A DNA stretch of 63,681 nucleotides, the filler included, from Guillardia theta CCMP2712 (Eukaryota > Protista > Cryptophyta): the NCBI RefSeq assembly GCF_000315625.1. It is 4 parts of 4 records of this genome, joined end to end, with 100 filler letters (N's around TTAATTAATTAA, not from the genome) between each part and the next. Parts side by side here need not be neighbours in the genome. Positions count along the whole stretch, not along the records: positions 28,091 to 58,433 come from NW_005434657.1; 3 more parts are not named here. One strand, given 5' to 3'. Of the stretch, positions 37,755 to 51,870 are shown piece by piece (the stretch's first letter is position 1; every line of letters starts with the position of its first letter). Both the position numbers and the translations under genes were made by a program. The notes below the pieces were generated by a model. The model was not told the origin of the DNA. It searched no databases and worked only from the letters and a program-made list of their open reading frames with translations.

Positions 37755-40700
37755 ATGGCAGATCGCTATAAAGCAGGGCGGCATGAGGAGGAGGAGGAGG
37801 AGGAGGACCAAGAGGACCTAAGGGAGCAAGAGGATCAGATACAAGAGGAAGAGGAGCATGAAGAACTAGGCGCAGGGCAGGAGGAGGAGGAGGAGGAGGA
37901 GGAGGAGGCGGAGGAGGCGGATTACTGGGAGGAAGACGGAGAGCGGGAAGAAGAAGGGGAGAAGAAGCAACAGGAACACGAGAAACGGCAGGAAGAAGAG
38001 CAAGACAACGAGGGACAAGAGATACTGGTAGATCAGAGACAAGAAACTCAACCCAAGGAATGCGAGCAAGAAGACATGGCTGGAGATGCCGGGGATCACG
38101 AGATGGAAGCTGAAAAAGATGCGAAGAACGACGGAAAGAACAGCGGACAGGAGAACAAGTCGAGTACAATCAAGTTCAAGCCTGTTAAGCAGGGCAAGGA
38201 CATGCGGCTACAGTATCAAGGCAAGAGCATGGAGCAGGCTCGCAAGACGAGGACAAGTCTTGGAAGCAAGGAAATGAAAGTGGAGACTAGTAAAGGGCGG
38301 CAAAATGTAAACATGAAGAGGTTCTGTGCAGCGTTCTAAGACTGTTAACCAGGATGAACAAGTCGTGTTTGGGAAACGAGCGTCGGATGAGCAAGAGCAG
38401 GTAAGGGCTGAGCTTGTGTCTTACCTACGTGACTGATCGTTCGAGCAGTTGGACGCTTGTCCAGATGTTAGCTTCGACGGGTCCGATGACGTGGGAAGCA
38501 CCGGGGCAGTCAGAAATGTCTCAAACGATTCACATGAACGTAGAAATATCTCCAACGATTCACATGAACGCGACGTTGTCGCCAACCTAGAAAACAGGCT
38601 TGAGATGTTCAAAGAGGGCAGACTGGATTGTAGCATTTCACGGACCCATCAAACTGTTACGTCCCTGGACAGAATTGTTGTGAACTTTCCGTATCTTCAG
38701 GCTTTGAGCTTGCGGGGGCAGAAAATTAGCAATCTCCAGCCTCTTTGTTCCTTGTTATCTTTGAAGGATCTTGACATCTCTTCGAACGACATCCACGACA
38801 TCAGCGATCTTTGTGGCTGCTTGCTGTTGCAGAGACTTGACCTGTCCAACAACAGGATAAAGGAATTGCCGGCAGTTGTCAACAACCTGGCTATGCTGAG
38901 GATATTGCTTCTTTCCAGAAACAGAATCTCTTTCTTGACTTCATTCGATGCCCTGACGTCTCTCCCGTCTTTGGTCGAGATCAGTGTCGCCGGGAATCCG
39001 GTGTGCAGGCTTGTCAACTGCAAAGAGCATATCCTTGGAGTCTTGCGACACGTTAAGATCATTGATGGGACGCCTGTGCTGGAAACTCAACGTCAGTCTG
39101 CAGCAATCCAGTCAGCGATGAGGTGAGATCAGTTTTCAATCTCTACAGCCAATTCTGATGATGACCTTGAAAACGCCAGGCGCTTGAACTTCTTGCAAGA
39201 CCATCCCAACCTGCCAATGGTGATGAGTTTCTTTCTTATGATTGTGTGTACAGGGGTTATCTAAGTTGATGTCGATGCAGGAAAGGAATCAAGAGGGAGC
39301 CAGCATGGGCAAGTACAGCATGGAAGATCTCGACGACGATCAACTTGCAAGACTTCAAGGAGTTCATCGGCGCCCCGTGCTCCCAGCCGCAGACGCTCTT
39401 GCTGCTTTCTCCGGCCGACTGTCTTCTCAGGACAGTTCCTCCATCTCAAACCTCCGCACATCTCCAGTGGCTAATGAGTCACAAGCAAGAAGCAGCAGCA
39501 CGAGCTACCTACCCATCGGTCACAAGGACTCCTCTCTCTCGCACGGCAGCCCGGATGGGCGACCTCACCAGCACCGCGCGTTTGGAAGCAGCCTCCTCAG
39601 CTCCTTGCACGAAAGGATCGCCGACGCATCGAGGGGCCATGAAGATGGGGAGGCCTCGAGCTGCTCGCAGAGCAACCCGGATACCCTCAGGTTTGATGAT
39701 ATCAGCGCCTACACTAGGTCCACCCTCCACGATCACGCATCCGACGATCACGAGTGGAGGAGAAACGGCAGCCGCGGCAAGTCGGAAGCGGCACGAGCGC
39801 TGGACTTTTCCGAGGCAGAGAGGGAGCAAGCAGCCCTCAACTATGAGGGAGATACGGAGGACGCCAAGAAGCTCGCAGCACAGCTTGTCGCTGCTGCTGT
39901 CCCAGGTCCCTCCTGTCCTCTCCTTAGTCTGCTCCTCACGCTCTCTCTTGCGCAGTGTTCAGGAAGATGCTTCCTCCCTTTCGAGACGCCTTCAACCTCG
40001 AGCTGTTAGACTGCTACAGTGTGGAGCATGTCTTGAAGGTCCTTACAAGGCTGCTCCCCCTCCTCAGCCCCTCTGCCTTCGGTCCACCTGGCGACGAGCC
40101 GTCTGTGCGAGGGAGAGAAAGGGAGGAGACAACTAAGTCATACTTAAAGACGTCTAGCAAGTTCGTTCCTCCTGGAGGCCATCCGGCCGCCGAGCGCAAG
40201 CGCGAGGCCAGCCCGGAAGATCATGTTCAGAGCCTTTCGGAAGAGATCGAGCGGAAATTTCGCGACTATCAGAAGGTTCGCTGCTGATGATGATGATGAT
40301 GATGATGATTGTGGTGGTGGATCGGGGCGGGGTTGATGAGTATGGTGATGATGATGCTAGGGAGGTAAAGGAGGGGGAGGAGATTGTGATTGAAACGAGG
40401 AGGACAGAATAGAAGTGAACGACTTTGACGCTGTTTCTAGGTGTTAGAGATGTACGATGTCAAAGGTACTGTCCCTCCTCCATCTCTCAAGCTACTCCTG
40501 ACCTTCCCCTCACAGATTCTTCTCAGCGCAGGGCGCAGAACTCGCGCAAGAATTTCTCCATCAATGAGCCGGGGAGGAAGGATGCAGCTCCGATAGGTAA
40601 GGGGTCAGCGCCGCCTCGTCTCCTCACGGCCCCTGCAGGCAGCATCGTGGCGTCGCATTATGCGCGGGCGCGGATGATGAAGAGGGAGAACGTGAGGAGC

Positions 40701-40951
40701 TCGTTGCCTGGGCGTCTCATCCTGACGAGCTTGTGAGCAGCAGCAGATTGTCTCGGTCAGCGAGAGGTTTGACAGGGACTCCTGCCATCGTCCTTCAGGT
40801 CCCCCATCATCACAGCTCACTGCGAACCGACTGGTTGACCGCACGTGCAGGAAGAGGAGGGAAGAACTTGTTCGAGGCTGAGAGCAAAGGGAAAGCTAAC
40901 CGGTCCATCTACCAACTCTCTACCAAGACGAGGACAAAGCAAAGCGGGTGA
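37755..40951 (+). CDS. SDS22-like leucine-rich-repeat protein with acidic N-terminus and disordered C-terminus
   Basis: LRRs LQALSLRGQKI, LKDLDISSNDI, LQRLDLSNNRI, LRILLLSRNRI; LRR-cap ISVAGNPVC...VKIIDGTPV; Glu-rich first exon; later exons to TGA 40949-40951. Confidence 0.78.
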
Positions 40952-41017
40952 AGCGATGTTAGATCAAGCTGAAAATGTCAATAAAGGTCTATGTGTTCAC
41001 GTTGCCAGCGCTCCGAG

Positions 41018-41880
41018 TTAAATGAAGGAGAGCAGGGTGAACTTGGAGGAGGAGGAGGAGGAGGAGGAGAAGGAGTCAGTGAGGTAGCGAGGATGTGAGC
41101 GACTGACAAGCTTAACTCCGGCAGCTGTCAGCTGCTTCTGACATTGCTGGATTCTACATTTGACAGTATCTACCTTACATTTTGATATTGGAATCCTCTC
41201 TTGAAAACCACTCTCACGAGTACGATCAGTATGGATCAATACCTTTCATAGAGAGAAGTTGCATATTCCTGGGTAAGGACCAAGTTGCGATCCAGCATCT
41301 GTACCGATATATTCATCAGTGACAAGGTGATAAAGGACCAAGTTGCGATCCAGCATCTGTACCGATATATTCATCAGTGACAAGGTGATAAAGGACCAAG
41401 TTGCGATCCAGCATCTGTACCGATATATTCATCAGTGACAAGGTGATAAAGGACCAAGTTGCGATCCAGCATCTGTACCGATATATTCATCAGTGACAAG
41501 GTGATAAAGGACCAAGTTGCGATCCAGCATCTGTACCGTTGTATTCATCAGTGACAAGGTGAAAGACCAGCACGAAATATTCCAACTGGACGCGAGACAA
41601 GTGTGTCTGCCACTACCATCTCAGATACTTATATAGTAGTCCTGGTTGCTAGCGGTGATCGACGGTCCCAGTATGTCTTGTAGGCAGCAGAAACATCCCT
41701 AGCCTTTTTTTCAGCTTTTCTTTATCCAGGTATGAGTATGAGGGGGATGATGCTGCTGGGGAGGTCAGAGCGATGGCAAGGTGCGGAGGATGAGCGGAGA
41801 GGAGGAGGAGTAGATGTGGAGCTCGACAGGATGTGAAGCACCTCGCATGAGTCGCTCCCATATCCTTGAGCATGTGAACA
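41018..41880 (-). CDS. Possible small gene divergent from OCRL, interrupted by the 58-bp array
   Basis: Exon-like pieces MLDRNLVLTQEYATSLYE (AG/GT-bounded) and IQQCQKQLTAAGVKL; model incomplete. Confidence 0.3.
41275..41562. repeat. 58-bp tandem repeat, 5 copies
   Basis: Unit AAGGACCAAGTTGCGATCCAGCATCTGTACCGATATATTCATCAGTGACAAGGTGATA starting 41275, 41333, 41391, 41449, 41507; last copy slightly diverged. Confidence 0.95.
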
Positions 41881-42005
41881 TGCCGGCAGCGTTGTGTTGC
41901 GGGTATAGGCTGCTGGTTAGCTGCACGGCTAACTCGTCCTGAGGGGTGGAGGACACTGAGGCGAGAAGGACAAGGATAGGATCGTTGGGCTGAGGCTGAC
42001 ATAGG

Positions 42006-44848
42006 ATGAAGACTACTCTAGAGGACAGAGTGCACAAGATCATCTCCTCAGAGGACTCGTGCAGAGCCATCATCGAGGTGCGCAAGACCAAAAACTCCCA
42101 CCCGAGGGTCATTGCTGTTATATGCCCTCTCGACTCGACGAGCCACACGGAATGCGCTCTGTTCACGTTCAAATCAAGAGTTTTCAGCTCCAAGCTCATG
42201 ATTCGAAACATCGTGCCCATCCTCATGGACTTCAAGGCTGAGCTGCTGGGCGACGGTCAGTTCGAGATAAGTTTTCAGAAGAAGAACAAGCTTAAGAAAG
42301 TGGGTTACGTGTGCCAGGACGTCGCTTTTCTAGGCTCATTCCTGCAGACTCTCTTGAATGCTCAGCAGATCGCCAGCTCTTGCAAGTTTGACACTCTCAG
42401 CGTAGCCACAGGCAAGTCGCATGCATGGGTGTTGGCGAGGTACAGCGAAGAAGACCAGGCTATCAAGCACGTTTACAACATCATCCAGATGAACGTGACG
42501 GGCAAACTTTCGACACAAGATGGGTTTTCTCGAACAGCGTCAGGCGCCAACGCGCAGCTCAGCATCGACCCGATCATCGTGTCGTTCCTGACCGGAGCCG
42601 CTCGCTCGGAGTGGATCCACCGGCAGCTGATGCAACGGGAGGATGAATTCACGGAGCTGAGGCCAGTGTCTGTCAAGATCTGCTCGTGGAACGTCGGGGC
42701 CGTTCAAGGCCCGGTCTCTGCCTCCCAACTGCAGCAGTGGTTGGGAAAGGACAACGATTGCGACCTGATCTCCGTGGGCCTGCAGGAAGTGGTCAAACTC
42801 AACACCAACGCACTCATGGTCAAGGAGTCGTCCTCCGAGAGCCGAGCGTGGCTGGAGGCTATTTCCAGCGCTATCGGTGTGCCAGACAAGTACATGGTCC
42901 TGGTGTCAAGGCAGTACGTTGGCATCTATCACTTCCTCGCGGCCCGGCGAGAGCTTCTTGTCAACGGTGTGATCCGGGATGTACAGTGCAAGGCCGCCGG
43001 CTGTGGCATCTTGGGTCAGTTTGGCAACAAGGGAGCAATCTCGATCAGGGCAACTGTGTACAACTCAGGGATCTGCTTCGTCTGCTCTCACCTCGCCGCA
43101 GGGAAGACGCAGGTAGCTGCTGAGTCTGGCGGAGTTGCCATGGCCTGACCTTGATTGTTTGACCTCAGGTGGAGAGAAGAAATTTTGATCAAATGGAGAT
43201 CTCGAGGAGAACGATCTTCAGCAACTCGACACGCGGACTTGTGTACCAGCCCAGCACGAATGCTGCGGTCGACACTCCCACCATCAAGTCTGACTTGCAT
43301 CAGCTATCGTCCAGCTCCCTGAGCTCCAACGATGGGTCGTCCATCGGGCCTGACGGCGGTAACTACTCCGAGTACTATCCGACAGACGTGCCGGCTACGA
43401 TCGAGGGGCATGACATCATATTCTGGTACGGAGATCTCAACTATCGGATAGAGGCAGGACGGCAAAGGGTCCTGGAGTTGATTCAAGGAGGGAGCCTGGA
43501 GGAGCTCTACAACCTGGATCAACTTTTCCAGCAGAGGATGGAAGGGAACGTGTTCCTCGGATACAAAGAGACTCGCCCCAACTTCTTGCCCACGTACAAG
43601 TATGACGCTGGGACTGATGACTATGACACCAGCGAGAAGCAGCGAGCGCCGGCATGGTGCGATAGGATCCTTTGGAACTGCAAGCGAGGGTCTTGCAAGC
43701 AGGAGCATTATGCTCGGCACGAGCTGACAGCGTCCGATCACCGACCAGTGAGTGCCAAGTTCAACCTCGAAGTGACGAGGGTACTCACAGACAAGCTCTC
43801 GCAAGTCGGCGAGCAAGTCTCACGGTCGCTGGATCACATGGACAACCAGTGCACACCCAACGTTGAGCTCGACATTAAGTCCATCAACTTCTACGACGTT
43901 CACTACCGCTGCACCCAGAAGCAGTCCGCCATGCTGAGGAATACAGGGCAGGTGTTCGTCCACTACAGGTTTATCCTCGACTTCCTCAAAGAAAACTCGG
44001 CCAAGAGGTGGCTGTCTATCGAGCCGAGGTACGGGCTTCTCATGCCGGGCGAGTCGAGGTCGATCACGTTCAAGGTGCGGGTAGGGGACGAGGCAGCACG
44101 AGTGCTGCGCGGCATCAAGCAGGAGCTCCAGGAGACCCTCGTGCTGCAGGTGGAGGGAGGAAACACGCTCTTCGTCAGCATCACCGCCCGGTGCCTGGCA
44201 ACGGCCTACGGGCGAGGGCTCGATGAACTCGTCACGCACCGGTATCCCATCCGCTACTCGGGGATACACGTTGACGGCAAGTCGGGCAAGGTGATGCCGC
44301 TGCCCAAGGAGGTATGGAGGTTGGCAGGAGCCATCTTCGAGCGCGGGCTGAAGGACGACAACATCTTCCTCAAGTACGGGGAGCCAAAGGAGTTGCTGGA
44401 GATCAGGGAGTGTGTGGACACTGGTGCTCCCTTCGCCGACCACCTGGCTCCCGCCTCCTTCGCTGCTGCCCTGATCCAACTGCTGAGGAGCCTGCCGAAC
44501 CCAGTGATTCCTCCGGAGGTTCGGGTGGAGTGCGTGAAGCAGCATCAGTCCAAGGAAAGGTGCTTCCGGATCCTGTCGCAGATGCCGCCGATCAACCTGT
44601 CGGTCCTGGTCTACCTCGTTTCCCTGCTGCGCGAGCTCCTCAAGCACAGAGAGGAAAATAAGCTCTCCCCAGAGACTCTTGCATTGATCTTCAGTGCGGT
44701 GTTGATGTACCCGGAGACCGTCGATCTCTCAGTGGACGATCCTTCCTCTGAAGGGGAGCTGATGACGATCTCCGACGACATCGAGCCTCGGGCTGATCTC
44801 ACCAAGGAGCAGGCGATTCTCCTGCACTTGCTGAGGAGCGATGGATGA
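42006..44848 (+). CDS. OCRL: OCRL/INPP5B-family inositol polyphosphate 5-phosphatase (N-terminal domain + IPPc + ASH + RhoGAP-like)
   Basis: SWNVG, VGLQEVV, GNKGAI, FVCSHLAAG, FWYGDLNYRI, PTYKYDAGTDDYDTSEKQRAPAWCDRILW, SDHRPVSA; ASH LRNTGQV...WLSIEP; RhoGAP-like LPKEVWRL...LRSLPNPVIP; one short intron ~43113-43168. Confidence 0.95.
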
Positions 44849-45546
44849 GGAGTCAGTGATCTGCGTGTAATTTACCTCCTCCCCTCCTTCAGTGAATGTC
44901 CGGGCCCGGAGGGCTCATGTAACTGGACTGAGTTTACCTCCTCAGTTTCCTCCTTCAGTGCCACGGTATGTCTGATCGACGGGCCCCGGGCCGCCCGGGC
45001 CCCCGGGCATCCAGTGATCGAGTCGGACTCGGATCAGGAGTCGGAACTGCCGCTTGACCACTTGCAACGAGGCGGTGTAGCGGGAGGGGGGGAGGGGATG
45101 GGAACAGGGGGGTCAGGGTGGGGGGATGCGGGGGTAGGGGTGTTACTTTGCTGGCTTGAAGTAGATTCCAGACTGACAGCAGGGTAGGGTAGTCCAAGGT
45201 AATTTGTGGGGTGGTCATATGGGGTTGGGGTAGGGTAGTAACGTTGCCGTTGAATGAAAATGTGGACTATGGCGAGGACTGAAGACGGACGAGGAGGACG
45301 AGGAGGACGAGGAGGACGAGGAGGACGAGGAGTCAACTAGAGCCTAGCATTTGACCACGAGAGATCGAGGAAGAGATGTTGGGGTCAAGCAACTTCATGT
45401 CATCGCCCCGCTATGTCCTCGTCTCCCGCTTCATAAGCTCGTCTCGTAGAAAGACAAGGCATCAGCTTCTCGCAAACGAGATCAACATCGCTGAGATGGC
45501 TTGCGACAAGCACACAGACCTGCTAAAAATTCGTGTTCCTTTTTGA

Positions 45547-48908
<3,362 letters not shown>

Positions 48909-49038
48909 TGGCCAGAGAAGGCGCGCAACAACTCTCTCCTGCTGATGTTTTTTACTTTTCTAATTCTTTTGATTGTCAATCCCGTTGAAGTCGAACAAAG
49001 ACAGTGTATATCGAACTGATCGAAGTGAAAATCTGCTT

Positions 49039-50487
49039 TCATCCTATTAGTTTGAGAATCTCTCCCTGAAAATTGACGTGGTCACAGAGCAGTCAAGCAC
49101 CATCAGCGTCTCTCACCTCCATCGCCATGGGATCAATCTGAGACGGATACTGCAGCACAGGCTGTCCATTCCGGTCCACCACAAACTTCTGAAAGTTCCA
49201 TGGAATGCTCTTCATGCCGAAAGTGTCCTTGAGGTAGGAGAACAGCGGGTGGGCGTACTTCCCGTTGACCTCGACCTTGGAGAAGAGAGGGAACGACACA
49301 TGGTACTTGCTCTCAGCAAACTTCTTAATCTCCTCGTCAGATCCTGGCTCCTGCCCCCCGAACTGATTGCAAGGGAAGCCCAAGACCGTCAGACCTTGCT
49401 TCTGATACTTGCTGTAGAGTGTCTGGAGCTCGCGGTAGTTCACATCCGTGTACCCGCAGTTGGAGGCCAGGTTCACTATGATCACAACCTTCCCCGAGTA
49501 CTTGGACAAGGAGACCTCTTCCCCATCGATCGATCTCGCCTTGAAGTCGTAGATCGAGTGCGGCTTCCCTGTGACGAGCCCAGCTACGGCGTCAGCTGCC
49601 TTCTCCGTGAAGGACTGACGAGCGATCTGGTAGGGCTTGTGAGGGAGGGTGAGCTTCTGCGACTCCTCGTTGTACTTCTGGATCTTAGAGAGCGCGATCC
49701 CTCCTTGCGGACTCGGGCTCGGCTTGCGATCTTCCTCATACGGGCTCTGCATGAAAGCGACGAACACCAAGGTAGGGAACGCGAGAAGCACGACGAGAAT
49801 CACACCGCCCCTGAGAAAGAGCTCAAGTCAGCATGCAGCAAGATGAGGATGCAGAAGTTGATGCATGCTGCCTCATGCTTTCAACCCCCACGTTGACTCA
49901 CCGCCCTGTACACCGCATGGGGCCGTTTGCTTGCGAAGGATCAGTGTTAGTACATTGCGATGATGGAAGAGGACAGAGACGAAGCTGATCTCACCTGGAA
50001 TGTGCTTTTTCTTCGAGCTGCCGTGCATCTCTGATTCTTCTGAGATCAAAAAGGCGTCCGCAGACGGAGGCTCCTCGTCCTCGTTATCAGAAATTTTGGT
50101 CTTTTCTTTTGAAGTGTTCCAACTGTCTCAATTCAGCCCGAGCGACCGTGACATCCACCTGGCACGTTCAGCGTCTGAATGTCGATGTTTGAGAACGGAT
50201 ATGTCTATCCTCCCTCCAGGCAGGCGTTGAAGAATCAGGGAGATTCGCTAACGTCCCGGCAACAAATTTTTCCAGCTCTTCCGCTTGCTGCTTGCAACTA
50301 ACAAGGTCTGAACCTTGGAAGACTTGTATGGATTACTTGTTGATACTTGTTCCTGCTTGTTGATTATCTCTCCATAGCGCTCCTGTCGCTCATTGCCTCT
50401 TTCCACTGCCGATCCTCCACTCCCGCGCTCCGGTGTCACGACATGTGGCGTGTCAGGGGGTGCTACTACTATTTTAAACGATAACAT
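49039..50487 (-). CDS. Cys-type glutathione peroxidase with N-terminal tail and single transmembrane anchor (GPx7/8-like)
   Basis: IYDFKARSIDG, VNLASNCGYT (Cys, not Sec), LGFPCNQFGGQEPG, IPWNFQKFVVDRNG; TM VILVVLLAFPTLVFVAFM; last exon GEILKLIG*. 5' exons and start uncertain. Confidence 0.9.
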
Positions 50488-50707
50488 ATATTTTACCGGA
50501 TGAAAAAAACAGTTTTTAAAATCTATAAATATCATGTTGCAGATACGAACCTCGTTTGACCGAGCTTTTACTATACAAATTTTCTATATATTTCTTCTAT
50601 ATTGTACCAAGTTTAAATATAAGTTGAATATATAGTTTTAGAAAGTGTTAGGTGAACGCCCAATGTAACCGTTTTGTAACCAGAGTATCGACTCATCCAC
50701 CCAAACC

Positions 50708-51805
50708 ATGTCCCCTGCCACGAAAGTTGCGGCGATGCTGGTGATGGCGGCTACTGCTGCTGGCGTTGTAGCTGGAGAGATCCCAAAGTCGCTCTCGAGC
50801 GAGCATGACAGGATTGTCGTGTCGCATCGCCCTCAAGGAGCGACATCAGCTGCCTTCCAGCTCCACTACTTCTGCCTCCAGGGCCTTGGCGAACTCCCTC
50901 GCCTCATCCTTGAGATCTCGCAGACCCCATGTGAGTCACCAGCGCCTCCTGCTACCCCTGTAGATGCCCTGCTGCTCATGTCTGCTGCTCATGTCTGCTG
51001 CTCGTGTTTGCTGCTCATGTTTGCTGCTCGTGTTTGCTGCTCGTCTCATCCCCTGCTGATAGCGTTGATGGCAGATGACAGCGTGATGTACTTCACCACC
51101 AAGGAGTACAAGTCCTTTGCTCCTTTCGGTCAGATGCCCGTGCTGCATGTGAAGAAGGACGACGGGTCAGAGGCTTGGCTGGCACAGTCAGGTGCCATCG
51201 TGCGGTACCTGTCGAAGAAGCTGGGGCTCTCCGGGGCGACGGAGGAGGAGGAGAGCATGGTGGACATGGTGTTCGAGGGCTCGAAGGACATCATGGGCAA
51301 GAAACCAGCAGTCCATGAAGCTGTTGATAGTGACAGTACCGATGCTCAACGTCTCCGTATGTATCTTGAGAAGAGCGAGGGTCTGCTGGGGTCGAAGCAG
51401 TACTTCGTCGGGGACAAGCTGACGTACGCCGACGTCGGGATGTTCCACGCGCTCTACACCCTACAGGAGGTGGGAGACAAGTACCTGGACCGGGCAGGAT
51501 ACAAGTCTCTCTCTGCCTTCGTCACCCGCATGGCCTCGCTGCCGAGCTTGTCGGCCTACCTGTCGTCGGAGAGGTACTTGCGCGCTTGACCCTGCTGCCT
51601 CCCTCCCCTCACTCGCCTCGCAGGCGCGTGCCGCTGACGGAGAAGGAGGTCAGTGACGCCTGAGGGTCGCGCGATGCTCACGCGCGGGGGAGGCGATGGG
51701 AGGTTGACTTGTGTGCTGCAGCTCGGCAAGGGGTCGGACAAGTACATCTACACGCGCGAGCTGCCGGAGGGCATGATCAGAGAGGAGGGCAAGAAGGAGC
51801 TCTGA
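50708..51805 (+). CDS. Glutathione S-transferase (Tyr-type, sigma-like) with signal peptide and C-terminal KKEL
   Basis: LHYFCLQGLGELPRLIL, PFGQMPVL, LAQSGAIVRYL, YFVGDKLTYADV; N-terminal hydrophobic signal; spliced tail ER|RVPLTEKE|LGKGSDKYIYTRELPEGMIREEGKKEL*. Confidence 0.88.
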
Positions 51806-51870
51806 AGGAGGTAAGCCTTGAACCTTTCACTTGATTACCTCTGATAACATGTCGACCCTCCTCGCAGCCC

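Noticed and set aside
43304-44647. Long antisense ORFs over OCRL, GPx and CCD
   Set aside because: Expected shadows of GC3-rich coding sequence; no motifs.
45376-45546. Stop-codon readthrough: upstream in-frame ORF separated from the polyQ ORF by one TGA
   Set aside because: A short intron or the downstream ATG explains it more simply; no supporting signal seen.
49093-49803. Selenocysteine GPx with SECIS
   Set aside because: Active-site codon is TGC (Cys), not TGA.
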